From a virus (Duplodnaviria; Caudoviricetes): DNA of 54,090 bases. How positions within the stretch are numbered: the stretch's first letter is position 1; each line of letters begins with the position of its first letter. The notes under the pieces were generated by a model that was not told the DNA's origin, ran no database searches, and worked only from the letters and a program-made list of their open reading frames with translations. The stretch spans positions 1 to 54,090 of the IMG/VR virus record IMGVR_UViG_3300048011_000746. The stretch is one strand, 5' to 3'. The translations under genes and the position numbers were made by a program. This document shows, in pieces, positions 27,327 through 37,900 of the stretch.

Positions 27327-27404
27327 AGTTATGCCTCCTAAATGTTTTGCCTATGTGCTTGTGTGTATTTCTACACTGTGCCTGTTTTTGTGTAGCACTC
27401 TTAC

Positions 27405-27433
27405 ATACTACACACTTAGTTATGACTTGTCAA
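27405..27433 (-). promoter_or_regulatory. Sigma70-type promoter of ssb
   Basis: TTGACA-N17-TAGTAT, followed by a leader of about 70 nt with an AGGAGG RBS. Confidence 0.7.
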
Positions 27434-27468
27434 GTGTTTTATGACAAGATTTTTAAATTGTTAGCTGA

Positions 27469-28995
27469 TTACAACCCAGCTAACGATTTAATTCTGTCTG
27501 TCTCTGGATAGCGGCTCAACTCTACTTGTTCAGCATTGCGTTCTGCTACCATTGATTCTACTTTTTGGATAAATCTAGCAGCCGGTTCAACATATTGTTC
27601 TCCGTAGTCTTTTTCTACCATAGTAAGTACTGCTGTTTCGCCTTTTGGAAAAGTTCCGTTTTCTCTATCAAAGTACGATAGAATGAACTCACCGATTGGA
27701 GTTTTTTGTTCTTTTGGCTCTTCAATACTGTTGCCTGCTTCGTCAGTGTCGTCTTCATCTTCGTCATCGTCGTATGCAGGATCGTATTCATCGTCTGAAT
27801 GCCAATGCCTAGTGTCAATTCTGCCGTCTTTGTCTTCTGCAAACTGACCCATCATTGATTCTATTGCTGCTTCTAGCATGTCGTCAATTGATTCTGGAAC
27901 GCACTTGTTTACACGCTTGCCTTTGTTCTTGCCAGTGCCTGGTTGTGTGCCTGCTTTTTTATACCCATCCCAGCAATCTTTAGGACCTGCTACTTCTGCA
28001 ACAACATCGTCAAAATCCAGTTCTTGTGCCTTTGTTGCTTCGCCTACTAGTTTGTATACATACGGGAATACATCTTTTAGCTCTTCATTAAACTGTTTGA
28101 TAGTAAGTTGATCAATCCAGTTTTCTGCAATTTCATCAGGAACTTCCACTGCTTCTACTGCTACAAAGTTTTCTACTGCTTCTGCATAATATGCAGGTTT
28201 TTGCAAGTTTGAAATTTCTTTACGCACTTCGCTTACACGCTGTTTTAGCACATCGCTGTATTGATCTAGTGTTTCTGCCATCACACTGCTACGACCCATG
28301 TAAGTATTGAGTTTGCGAATTTTGTGCATTTCTTCACTTAGACTTGTAATGTATTTGCCAAAGTCGTCGTATGCATGGCCGCCTTCGCTGATGTGATGTG
28401 CTAGTGCTCTTGCACCTGCCAAATGCTTGTAAGGAAATTTAAACTTTTCACCTTCTGGTGATTCAATAAAAATCTTACTGATTTTGCTAGTACGGCTACT
28501 TGCATTTTCTAGGTTAATAGGCGCACTGTGTTTGATTGCCAGTTTTGCTTTGCCTATCTTTTGGAAACTTGTACGATCGTTTCCGTACATTTTTGACTCG
28601 GCCATTGTATTTTCTCCGTTGCGATTTTGTGCTAAGAATTCATAATCTCTTTTGTTTAAATTGCTTTTGTTAATATCTCTTACTTCAAATTTCATCATAC
28701 GTTTCTTGGCAAAAACACGCAACTCTTTTAAAAAGTTGTACCAGCCATCTTGTACGTCTTCCATTTGTCCTTGAACTAAATCTCTACCAACAATAACACT
28801 TAGTCCTTGATCAGGATCTAATGCTACACTTACTTTTCCCAAGTCAACTCCGTCAGCAAGATACGCAAAATCAAAGTAACGTGCATCTTCTGGCACATTG
28901 GTTACTTTTCCTTCTTGATCTCCGATTGTAACGTTTTCAAAACGTCCTCTAATCTTGTTAAACAAGTCTGCTGATATTTGTTCTAGTTTCTTCAT
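27469..28995 (-). CDS. Hypothetical late protein, possibly head or prohead-associated
   Basis: 508 aa with an acidic tract, a CWDGY...KCVP module, a C-terminal RIKSLAGL, and a late-type TAAATA box. Confidence 0.7.
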   Translation of the reverse strand: MKKLEQISADLFNKIRGRFENVTIGDQEGKVTNVPEDARYFDFAYLADGVDLGKVSVALDPDQGLSVIVGRDLVQGQMEDVQDGWYNFLKELRVFAKKRMMKFEVRDINKSNLNKRDYEFLAQNRNGENTMAESKMYGNDRTSFQKIGKAKLAIKHSAPINLENASSRTSKISKIFIESPEGEKFKFPYKHLAGARALAHHISEGGHAYDDFGKYITSLSEEMHKIRKLNTYMGRSSVMAETLDQYSDVLKQRVSEVRKEISNLQKPAYYAEAVENFVAVEAVEVPDEIAENWIDQLTIKQFNEELKDVFPYVYKLVGEATKAQELDFDDVVAEVAGPKDCWDGYKKAGTQPGTGKNKGKRVNKCVPESIDDMLEAAIESMMGQFAEDKDGRIDTRHWHSDDEYDPAYDDDEDEDDTDEAGNSIEEPKEQKTPIGEFILSYFDRENGTFPKGETAVLTMVEKDYGEQYVEPAARFIQKVESMVAERNAEQVELSRYPETDRIKSLAGL

Positions 28996-29007
28996 ATAGT
29001 TATTTAT

Positions 29008-30591
29008 CTAAAAGCTACTGCTTATAAAAATAGGCATAGGTGCTTCGTAGTCTTCCATTTCGTTGTCAATTTGCACAAATGAATTGTATATTGCAGGATC
29101 CCAGTCTTTCATAACAGTGATCATTCTCAGTGCCAGTATCAAGCTACTTACCAAGTCATCCGATGCTCCGGGTTTTGCTTGATAGCTACTGCCCGTGGCA
29201 ACATATGCTTTAAGTTCACTAATTAATGGTTTACTGTAAATTGTTAACTTGTCGTTTTCTACCATTGTTTTGAGTCTTGCACATGCACTTATTTTACTAC
29301 CGTGTGTGGTGTTGAATCCTTTGCGGAACTTTCTTACATGTCCTTTGCGCATAGGTTCACTGATAAACAAGCCTGGCATGTTTTCTTCGCCAAAGTCGTT
29401 GATTACAATTAGTGCTGCTTCGCCCAGTCCGTTGTTTTCCACACTCCAATATATACCGTTGTCTGATCCACGCTGTTCAGCAAGGTATTTTAGTATATCA
29501 TTTAATACACGAATTTGTCCTGGTATAGCAGTCTGATTGTGCATCCATTCGCCTACTTGTTCATATGTAGGCAGTTCAATAATTTGAATGGCAGCATTAT
29601 CGCCGCCGGTGCCCATACTAGGGTCTAATGCAATTGCATAGTTTTTCTTTGGATCAATTTTTTTGTACCAGCGAGTTTGCCCCATATTAAGCACAGGATT
29701 AGTGCCTTCCATTACAGCAAGTTTTAAACTGTTAATCAGCGTTTCCTCAAATACTAGGAATTCGCAACCGTATTCACGACGAAACTTTTCTTCACCGATA
29801 CGGCCAATTTCCTCAGCTTTCCATGCTTCATCTCTATCGGGATGTTCGTGCCATTCTGCAATAAAACTGTGGAAGCCATTTACACCTACATCACGTTCGT
29901 TTCCGTATTCGTCAAACTTATTTTCTGCTTGTTTCCAAATGGTTGCAAAAGTATCTTCATCCGAGTTAGGTGTGCTTGTAATAATAGCACGACCACCTGT
30001 TGCCAGTGTAGGTGAAATTGATGTCCAAAACTCTTCAGCAATGTTGGGTTGTACAAATGCAAACTCGTCACAGTATAATAGTGAGATTGACAAACCACGT
30101 CCTGTGTTGCCTGTTGTTGTTTGCGAAATAATGCGTGATCCATTTTCAAACTCGATACTGCCTTTGTTGTAACTTGTAACACCTGCACGTATGTGATTAG
30201 GACACGTTTCGTATACATAACGAATACGTTGCATGATTTCCTGTGCACCGGTGTATTTGTGTGCAGCAATAAGAATTGTTTGATCTGGATTAAACATAGC
30301 ATACCATGCTAGGTAGATACTAGCACATGTAGTTTTGCCTGTTTGTCTAGGCATCATGTTAATGTTAAATCTGTAGTTGTGATACGAAGACATTAGTCCT
30401 AATTGATAATCAAAAGGTTCAAACAATAGCTTGCCTTTTGTAGGATGCTGAATGTATGCAAACTTACGAGCAAAATACATGTAACCGTTTTCGGGATCCA
30501 TGCAAGCCATCAAGTCTTCAACTTGTGCGTTTGTAAATGTTTCTTGTTTGTTGGCTTTCTTAATTAAGACGCCATCTAATGACTTTGACAT
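29008..30591 (-). CDS. Terminase large subunit (gp17-like)
   Basis: YQ motif, PRQTGKTT, YCDEFAF, ITSTPN, nuclease ALDPS and DDLV. Start refined to MSKSLDG. Confidence 0.95.
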   Translation of the reverse strand: MSKSLDGVLIKKANKQETFTNAQVEDLMACMDPENGYMYFARKFAYIQHPTKGKLLFEPFDYQLGLMSSYHNYRFNINMMPRQTGKTTCASIYLAWYAMFNPDQTILIAAHKYTGAQEIMQRIRYVYETCPNHIRAGVTSYNKGSIEFENGSRIISQTTTGNTGRGLSISLLYCDEFAFVQPNIAEEFWTSISPTLATGGRAIITSTPNSDEDTFATIWKQAENKFDEYGNERDVGVNGFHSFIAEWHEHPDRDEAWKAEEIGRIGEEKFRREYGCEFLVFEETLINSLKLAVMEGTNPVLNMGQTRWYKKIDPKKNYAIALDPSMGTGGDNAAIQIIELPTYEQVGEWMHNQTAIPGQIRVLNDILKYLAEQRGSDNGIYWSVENNGLGEAALIVINDFGEENMPGLFISEPMRKGHVRKFRKGFNTTHGSKISACARLKTMVENDKLTIYSKPLISELKAYVATGSSYQAKPGASDDLVSSLILALRMITVMKDWDPAIYNSFVQIDNEMEDYEAPMPIFISSSF

Positions 30592-30605
30592 AATATTACT
30601 TATCC

Positions 30606-30633
30606 AAAAAAATAGCACCCAGGGGTGCTATTT
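30606..30633 (-). terminator. Rho-independent terminator
   Basis: AAATAGCACC/GGTGCTATTT stem followed by a T-run on the minus strand. Confidence 0.75.
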
Positions 30634-30657
30634 GGCCGTTCGTCCAATCGGTAGGAT

Positions 30658-31143
30658 TTACTTTGATTTCTTTTCGTTTAATGCTGCCCACAAACGATCT
30701 TTGATAGATTCTGTTGCTACTGCTGGATCTTTTACACGCATTGCTGCCATTGGTTTCTTACGGTGTAAGTCGTCGCCACTTGGAATTACATCATCTACAT
30801 CCATATATTCTTCTTCTGGCTCATTGTCGTAATCTTCAATAGCTGCATCTTCTGCATCCATATCCATATCCATGTCTTTTTCTGGTGCAACCATCGGTAA
30901 CTTCATTGGCATTGGTGCATCAGTTGGTTCATCCATGCCCATTGGAGGCATAGGAGGCATAGCCGGTTTGTCGCTGCTGCCGACACCTGCAAGTGCTCTA
31001 AGAATGTCTGCCATTTCTCCTGCACTACTTGTTTTAAGAGTTACGCCGCCTTGGTCCATATCTCCGCATTCTCTTACCGGCATTTTTGCTTCGCCAGCAC
31101 TTAAAAAGTTTTTTAGAATGTCTTGCATTGTTTTATCTTGCAT
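30658..31143 (-). CDS. Low-complexity acidic hypothetical protein, possibly prohead core or scaffold-like
   Basis: Rich in Pro, Met and Asp; contains an ILRALAGV motif. Confidence 0.65.
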   Translation of the reverse strand: MQDKTMQDILKNFLSAGEAKMPVRECGDMDQGGVTLKTSSAGEMADILRALAGVGSSDKPAMPPMPPMGMDEPTDAPMPMKLPMVAPEKDMDMDMDAEDAAIEDYDNEPEEEYMDVDDVIPSGDDLHRKKPMAAMRVKDPAVATESIKDRLWAALNEKKSK

Positions 31144-31144
31144 T

Positions 31145-31693
31145 TTAGTTCCCCACTACGCTTTCTTTGTTTTGTGGTTCTTCTTTTACTGCTTCGGCTT
31201 TATAACCACTATCACCGGTATCTCGTTCCTTACGTGCAGTTTCTAATTCTTTAAGTAGGCTCATGATGCGTGTTTCGCCAGCATCTTCTTGTGCACTTTC
31301 GCCGCCTAAGTCTTCTTTTGTAAGAAGTGTCTCGTACTCTTTATCTTCTTTTTCTTGTTGATATAATTCTTGAGGCTCTTCTGGATGTCTTACAATAACA
31401 TGACTTGCTGGTACATCGCAGCATTGTGCAATGTATTCTTGAATAGTATCACGTGTTGTTGGATAGCGTACTTCTGTATCCCAATACTGCACATGTGTAT
31501 TTTCCAGTTGCGGAAAGTCTAGTGGACGTTCTTGTATTGGAGTTTTCTTTCCTTTTGTCCAGCTTGCAACTGTCCATTTTTCCATGCAACTGCGAATTTG
31601 GTTTTCACAGCCTTCAGGTAAGTCGCCTGCAACACCAATTTTCCATGGATATGTTTTGTGCGATTCTGTTAAAATTTCTTTTATACTTGTCAT
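31145..31693 (-). CDS. Hypothetical late protein
   Basis: 182-aa ORF with an upstream TAAATA box and an AGGA RBS. Confidence 0.7.
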   Translation of the reverse strand: MTSIKEILTESHKTYPWKIGVAGDLPEGCENQIRSCMEKWTVASWTKGKKTPIQERPLDFPQLENTHVQYWDTEVRYPTTRDTIQEYIAQCCDVPASHVIVRHPEEPQELYQQEKEDKEYETLLTKEDLGGESAQEDAGETRIMSLLKELETARKERDTGDSGYKAEAVKEEPQNKESVVGN

Positions 31694-31713
31694 TGTAAGG
31701 ATCCTATTATATA

Positions 31714-32205
31714 CTATTTATCTTTATCGATGCCTTTAAGCTTCTCTAACAAGCTGTTTCTATCGGTTACAACATATCCTTCGCCTTCTGTGAAGCCGTT
31801 GTCACTACCAAAGTTATCTTGGTCCATCTTTTGTTTTTTAAGTTGTAGCTCGACCATTTTGAGTTTTTTATCTAACTTGGCAACTTTAGCATCTAGATTG
31901 GTTTTAAGCATTGTTCCTGCAACTTCAAATACTCTACCACTGTAACGTGCTTCAACATTCATTCCCAAATCCATCAAGTCTTCGTATGCTGACATTGCTT
32001 TATCAGCTACTTCGTTAAGCTCTTTATCGGCTAGTTCTCCTAGCCCTTTAACTTGTGGCAATGCTGCTTCAATTTTATCAAGTTCTTCAATTTCGCGAAA
32101 TGTATTGTCTTGTGCAGTAATCGCTGGTTGTTGCTTTGATTGCTCTTCTTTGATCATTTCTTTTGAATCAGGCAGGTTTAATAAATCTTCTAGTTTTTTA
32201 GTCAT
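31714..32205 (-). CDS. Putative terminase small subunit (gp16-like)
   Basis: Helical, with RVFEVA resembling gp16 R.YEV and a C-terminal DRNSLL; near the large terminase gene. Confidence 0.55.
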   Translation of the reverse strand: MTKKLEDLLNLPDSKEMIKEEQSKQQPAITAQDNTFREIEELDKIEAALPQVKGLGELADKELNEVADKAMSAYEDLMDLGMNVEARYSGRVFEVAGTMLKTNLDAKVAKLDKKLKMVELQLKKQKMDQDNFGSDNGFTEGEGYVVTDRNSLLEKLKGIDKDK

Positions 32206-32234
32206 AGTAACTTTCCATTATATGCTACTATTAT

Positions 32235-32669
32235 TTATCGTTTTCCGTTGTGGAAAATATCATTTTCAGTGACTATTCTAAACTTAATATTATTTTGTTT
32301 ACAATATGCATTTGCTGCTGTCCACTTGGCTTGATTAAGAACCACATGTGCTTGATTACGTTTGTTGCGTCCAGCACCTTCCATGTTTGTTTGATTAACT
32401 GGCTTAACTTCAATTAATTCTGCATGTTGTTTGCCGTTTGCATCTACATAAGCAATAAAGAAATCAGGAACGTACACTGTGTATTTTCCTGTAAACGGAT
32501 TTCTATACGGTATTTTTACTGCTTCGCTTGCCCACTTGCTAACACTAGGATGCTCGTCGCAAAAACGCATAAATGCAAATTCCCAGCTGCTCCTAAAAGT
32601 AGGAGATCTTCCGCCTACATATTTTTCTGGGTTTTTAGGGGTGAATTTTCCCTGAGCATATTTTGCCAT
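32235..32669 (-). CDS. Head completion nuclease (T4 gp4-like, TnsA-type PD-(D/E)xK fold)
   Basis: PKNPEKY.G, RSSWE, WASE, YVPDF, IEVKP and KW.AA. Confidence 0.88.
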   Translation of the reverse strand: MAKYAQGKFTPKNPEKYVGGRSPTFRSSWEFAFMRFCDEHPSVSKWASEAVKIPYRNPFTGKYTVYVPDFFIAYVDANGKQHAELIEVKPVNQTNMEGAGRNKRNQAHVVLNQAKWTAANAYCKQNNIKFRIVTENDIFHNGKR

Positions 32670-33052
32670 TAGTATATAATGTTTCTTCGATATACGTTCT
32701 TAGAAACATCTTCCCGATCCTTGAAGCCAATTACGCTATTTTTACTTCTATTGTTGTTTAAGATTGCACCAACTAATTCATTGAGTCTAGCAGCATCAAA
32801 CGTTTTGATTTTATCGATCAATTCCATGACGCTGATTTGATCAATCTTTGCTTGCTGTAGTAAAACACTTCCAACACTAATTGCAGCAGATTTCTCAAAT
32901 CCTTTGCTTTCAAAAAACCCTATTACTGCATCAACTTGATTGCTAGGATAACTGATTCTGTCTTTTTTATAATTGTCAAAATACTGTTTGGATTTAACAG
33001 TTGCATCATTGTTTTCTACAATTGTATCTATAACTGTTCCTGTACTTGTCAT
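32669..33052 (-). CDS. Hypothetical protein
   Basis: 127-aa coupled ORF in the tail module. Confidence 0.7.
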   Translation of the reverse strand: MTSTGTVIDTIVENNDATVKSKQYFDNYKKDRISYPSNQVDAVIGFFESKGFEKSAAISVGSVLLQQAKIDQISVMELIDKIKTFDAARLNELVGAILNNNRSKNSVIGFKDREDVSKNVYRRNIIY

Positions 33053-34134
33053 TACAATAGCCTCTGTGTTGCAGTAGTTGTATTATCAGACGATCCTGAT
33101 GGAAAGTTTACATTGTTGATTTTGTTTACTACAATATCTTCACCTGTACTGACTAGTTCTCTAATTAGTCCGCCTGTTGATAGTCCTCTACTGTTGCGCA
33201 CTGTGTTTGCACCCGATATAATTGCACCTAATAAATTTCCGTCTTGTATATTTCCAAGTGTGGTTGCTGCGCCTGCTAATACGCCTCCTGTTCCAAAGAA
33301 GCTGCTACCGCCGCCTCCTTGTGCACTAATAGGACTCGGTGCAGTATCATATCTATAATCGCCAAAGCCTGCAGGTATGGTTCCTAGATCTGTATAATCT
33401 CTGTCTGTTATTACTGCTTCGTAACTAAAACGCATTCTGTTGATTGCAAATTCACTTGCTTCGCTATTGGCCTCATCGTGGTCCCATTGATCAATAAGAG
33501 GGTTAATATAAGTGAAGCTGGTATTTGTACTTTGTCCGTTTTGTGGATGCAATTGAAACACTTGTATGCTTGTAAAAAAGTTGTCTGTTTTTCCTGGACG
33601 ATCTAGTCCATATCTGTTTATGCTTGCTGCGCCTGAATCGTATCCACTGTTTAATCCACCTGATCTTAAATATGCAGGATCGGTAACAGCTGGAGCACCG
33701 GCATTTTGTTGTACATGATTAGCATCGCTGTAATAATAATTAAAATAGTTTTTCCAAAGAAAGTTGGTTAATCCAGCATTGTCGTCATGCCACACCATGT
33801 TAATTGGGTCGTATTGCACACCTGTTTGTATGACTTTTTTTCTGTTGTACTGATTGAGTGTTTCGGTTTGCATACTAAAACTCGGCAAATCAACACTTTT
33901 ACAAAGCAAATTTATTTCTCTCTTTGTAGTGTTATTCCAACCGCTGGTGTTGTTTAATGTAATATTTGGATTAATGTTCAACACCACATGATAGAGATAT
34001 TTCATCTTTGGTGCTAGTCGCATGTTTCCATCGACAAACACTTTGCTTGCATGTTGATAGTCGCCTAAGTTTCCTTTCGGACTTAGAGCGCCATTAATTA
34101 AGTTATCAAAAAAACCGTTAAAAGGATTAGCCAT
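33052..34134 (-). CDS. Tail-tube-fold baseplate protein (gp54/gp48-like)
   Basis: The CKSVDLPSF...QYNRK...YDPI...HDD pattern is tube-like. Start refined to MANPF. Confidence 0.6.
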   Translation of the reverse strand: MANPFNGFFDNLINGALSPKGNLGDYQHASKVFVDGNMRLAPKMKYLYHVVLNINPNITLNNTSGWNNTTKREINLLCKSVDLPSFSMQTETLNQYNRKKVIQTGVQYDPINMVWHDDNAGLTNFLWKNYFNYYYSDANHVQQNAGAPAVTDPAYLRSGGLNSGYDSGAASINRYGLDRPGKTDNFFTSIQVFQLHPQNGQSTNTSFTYINPLIDQWDHDEANSEASEFAINRMRFSYEAVITDRDYTDLGTIPAGFGDYRYDTAPSPISAQGGGGSSFFGTGGVLAGAATTLGNIQDGNLLGAIISGANTVRNSRGLSTGGLIRELVSTGEDIVVNKINNVNFPSGSSDNTTTATQRLL

Positions 34135-34171
34135 AATAATATTTATCTTTTCTATAAAATGCGCACATAAT

Positions 34172-34201
34172 AAAAAAAGGAGTACACAAAAGTGCACTCC
34201 T
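34172..34201 (-). terminator. Rho-independent terminator after the tail tube gene
   Basis: Minus strand AGGAGTGCAC-TTTT-GTGTACTCCT followed by a T-run. Confidence 0.75.
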
Positions 34202-34227
34202 CATTTTGGCAACCATTTTAGATGTTA

Positions 34228-34851
34228 TCAGCCTGCGCCTGTTGCGGCTGTACCAAGTGTTCTTCCTACATCTGTACCAACGCCTGTGTCTTCTGGCGAT
34301 TGTACTGCATTATCATATGTGATACTTAATGTAATACTTACAGGTTCGTTTGTTGCATAGTTTAGAGTATTGTAGTTTGCTTCGTTTACGTAGCAACCGT
34401 AGCACTCCCAAGTTTCTAATACGTTTGGTGTTAGATCGCCGTTACCACCGTCTAAGATTTCAATACGTGTTAGGAACTTGTAATCTGTTCCTGATGCTGC
34501 ACTTGCTTGCTCCATAAAGTCGAACTGCTTCTGTAGCTGTTCGCCAACTAGTTTTTGTACGTTATTGTTAACGTCTTCACGCAAGTTAAGCGATAATGGG
34601 CTCCATGTGTGTTTGCCGGCAAGATTAATCTTACTGTTGTACACTGGAATTTCCATGTTTTCAAATGTAAGTGTTGGGCGAGTAATGTCCATTACTTGCT
34701 TTGTTAATTCTGTTGTTGGTGTCGATACACCAAAGTTTTCTAACGTAACACGAAAGCGGTATTGTAGTTTCGGCATTAGCAAGCCTTGAGCGCTTGCACT
34801 GTCGTTTGTTGCTAACGGTACTGTTAGTTTTGATAATGATGAGATTGCCAT
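34228..34851 (-). CDS. Tail tube protein (gp19-like)
   Basis: Follows the sheath gene; PKLQYRFRV, AGKHTW and W...GC.; AAGGAG RBS. Confidence 0.85.
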   Translation of the reverse strand: MAISSLSKLTVPLATNDSASAQGLLMPKLQYRFRVTLENFGVSTPTTELTKQVMDITRPTLTFENMEIPVYNSKINLAGKHTWSPLSLNLREDVNNNVQKLVGEQLQKQFDFMEQASAASGTDYKFLTRIEILDGGNGDLTPNVLETWECYGCYVNEANYNTLNYATNEPVSITLSITYDNAVQSPEDTGVGTDVGRTLGTAATGAG

Positions 34852-34881
34852 GTATAACTCCTTGTTACAAGTATTTATCAT

Positions 34882-34911
34882 AGTAGGGTGCTAAATTAAT
34901 AACACCCTACT
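34882..34911 (-). terminator. Stem-loop between the sheath and tube genes, followed by a late promoter (TAAATA at about 34872-34877)
   Basis: AGTAGGGTG...CACCCTACT inverted repeat. Confidence 0.55.
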
Positions 34912-34918
34912 TAATGAT

Positions 34919-37900
34919 TTATAAACCTGCAATTTCTCCTGTGTTTTTAAGGCGTAGCGGAATGTAAATAAATTCAACTGCCTTAACTGGTTCGATTGCA
35001 ATATCAACGTAAAGTTCATTACGATCAATTCTATTTGGTGTGTTGTTTGTTTCATCACATACAACTAGATAATCGTAAATTGCTCTTAGTCCAATAAGTT
35101 CTACCATTAGACTTTCAACCTGCTGCTTGATTTCATCACGTGTGATTTTGTCATTTGGTTCAAAGATATATGGTTTTGCTAGTTTCTTAAGCTGACTACG
35201 TAGATACACTGTAAGTCTTGCAACGTTGATTCTATCCAATGCACTTGCATTTCTTGCACGAGTTTTCTGTCCAAATACAACAAGTCCTGCACCATTTAAG
35301 AATGTAATTGGGTTTACATTGTTTTGATATAGGGTGTCTCTTTGTCCTTCGTTGAGTGCAATTGAAACAAATTCGCCTTCACTGTTGATATAACCTGTTG
35401 CTGTAGCATTGGTTACACCACCACGTCTTGTACCTGCTGGTGCAAACCATGGGTAGCTAACTTGGTCACTTAGTGCAATTGTGCGTAGTGCCATGTGCGA
35501 AGCCGGAACAACAATGTTGTTGCCTGCGTTGTCGCTTGAGAAACCACCTGGGTAGTAAACGCCAAGATATTCATCTCTGCTTACCAGTCCTCTATCGTTG
35601 TCTTCAACTGCTTTGTTAACATTGGTTGCCCAATCACTAATTGCTGTTGTAGTAGGTGTTAGTCTCATTGGTGAATCGCCTACAACAAACGCTGTTAAGC
35701 CTCTGTCATAGTTTAGACTGATCATTTCGCCAATTAGCTCTGGATAGCCTGGTGTAGCAATCAAGTTAAAGAGACGTGTTTCATCGTCGCGGATGTCGTC
35801 ATTTGAATTAAGCATTGCTTGCAACGCTTGTACAACAACTTTACGCTGTGCATTACGTCCAAAAGATCCGCTTCCGTCAACGTTGTTAGCCGACTCAGTT
35901 ACCCAACGGTGTGGATAGTAGTTGGCCATCGAATCATCATTGTCACGTGGGTTTTCGCCATCAACATCAATGTAATCACGCTCAAAGCGTTTTACGTTGA
36001 ATCCGCTTCTGCGTAGGTTCCAAAGAATCATGCCTTTTGGATATAGTGCTGGATCTGGAGCATCTGGGTCCAAGTAGTTACTTGTTAGTAGGTCTACAAT
36101 TTCTCCTGCTTCGTCACTGTTTGCGCCTGCTGTGTTGTAACGTGCATCGTCAAATAGTACACCATTTTCAGTTGTTTGATCTGATTTATCCAACAATACC
36201 CATTTAGCATTTGTATAACGATAAATTTGTGGGAAGTTTTCTAAATCTGCTGTGCTAACCCATAAGTCGCCTTCAACAAGTGCACTTACACCGTTTGACT
36301 GTTTTGTTGGAGCAACCGCTGCTACAATTGGACCTGTTGCGTTGTTTGTGCTATTAGCGCCAACTAAGCTATTTCCAGTATGATCGTAGTTGTGATAACC
36401 GACCCAAGTTGTACCATTGTGAATCATAATGTCAACTTCGTCAATAACACTACTGTACCATAGCGCACCGTCTGCTGGTGTTGTTGTTGGCTCGGTGTCT
36501 TTTGCAGTGTATGACAATGTTGCCCAGTTGCTTGCTTGGTACTGTCTAGGAGAAGTATTACCATCTGTTCCAGGAACATAATACAAGTTTGCAGTAGTTG
36601 TATTATCGTCTGCATCAAACACTGTGAAAATAGCACCAATTGGATTGTTTGTGCTATCAGTGATTCTAATTTCACCGCCAAGTCTATGCTCAATAACAAC
36701 TTGCTTTTTACTGTTTACACTTGCTGTTACGTTGGTTGCGCCAGCACCGTTGATTGCACCTGCTAGTGCATCGGCATCTGTTTGTGCATCGTTGGTTGCT
36801 GCAAATGTTACGGTAACTGCATTACTATAAGTTGCATCACCTTTGAGTGTTTCCAGCATTGTAAATGTGTTTGTGCCAGCTGTGAAGCTAGTATTGGTAA
36901 CTGCTGCACTGGTAATTTTAGTACTACCTGCTGCATTTCTTCTTAGCAATTCAAATGTTGCAAGAGGCTCATCGTCTTCTGCAAGATTGTATCTTACATA
37001 AACACTACCGACTGTGATATTTGCACCGCCGCCGGATGCATCTAAACTGCTGATTGCTGCTGCACTACCACTGTAGATTGGAGCATCTAGCATTGTCCAA
37101 GAATCTGTGCTTTCTGAATATGTTTTAACATTCCATACTGCGCCAAGATTTGGTTCAGTTGTTTTGATCCATACAGAACCAGTTGGACGTGGATTAGCAT
37201 CACGTAGTTTGTACTCCGGTACACTTGTGTGTGGAGCAATCGACAATTCTGTGTTGTAATATGTTCCTGCTCCAATTCCTAGCTCGGTTAGCAAATCTGT
37301 TGTACCTGCAACTACAATTGAGTCTCCTGCAGAACCGTCATACATAATTGCCAATCTGCTGTTGCTTGCCATAGCAGTAATACCTGCACCTGCTAGTGTT
37401 ACGTCACCGTTGATGTCTGCAACAATAGTTGCCAAATCTAGCCCAGTTGTTGTTACTGATAGCGCACCAGCGCCTAGATCAAATGACAATGTGCCTGTAG
37501 CAGTTGCAGTTGGATTTGCATCACCTACAACAAACGGCCATGCTGCTTTCCAGTCAGCACTGCCAACTTCTACCCATTCTCCTGCCATTGTTTTGTACCA
37601 CAAGCGATTAACAGTTGATACTGCTACTAGTGCATAGTCGCCAATTGCACCTACACTGCCTTTTGGTGTAAACGGTGAACTGCCACTTGTTTGTGTTGAA
37701 TCTGTGATAACAATAGGAGTTTTATTGGCAAATGATTGGCCTGTAGCTGATGTTGCTGCTTCGCCATTCCATTCAAAAACACCATATGTGCTGTCGTTTG
37801 TGTCAAACCAATATGCACCATCTGTTGGCTTACCGGCTGTCGGAGTTGCACTACCTGTGACAGCTGCCAAGTCCATGTCTGCACGAACAACGTATGCTCT

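Noticed and set aside
15015-30591. Inteins or introns in UvsW, UvsX or terminase
   Set aside because: The proteins are of normal length with contiguous motifs and no splicing signatures.
32235-32669. TnsA-like endonuclease suggesting a transposon
   Set aside because: Motifs and context match the T4 gp4 head completion protein; no transposase partners or terminal repeats are visible.
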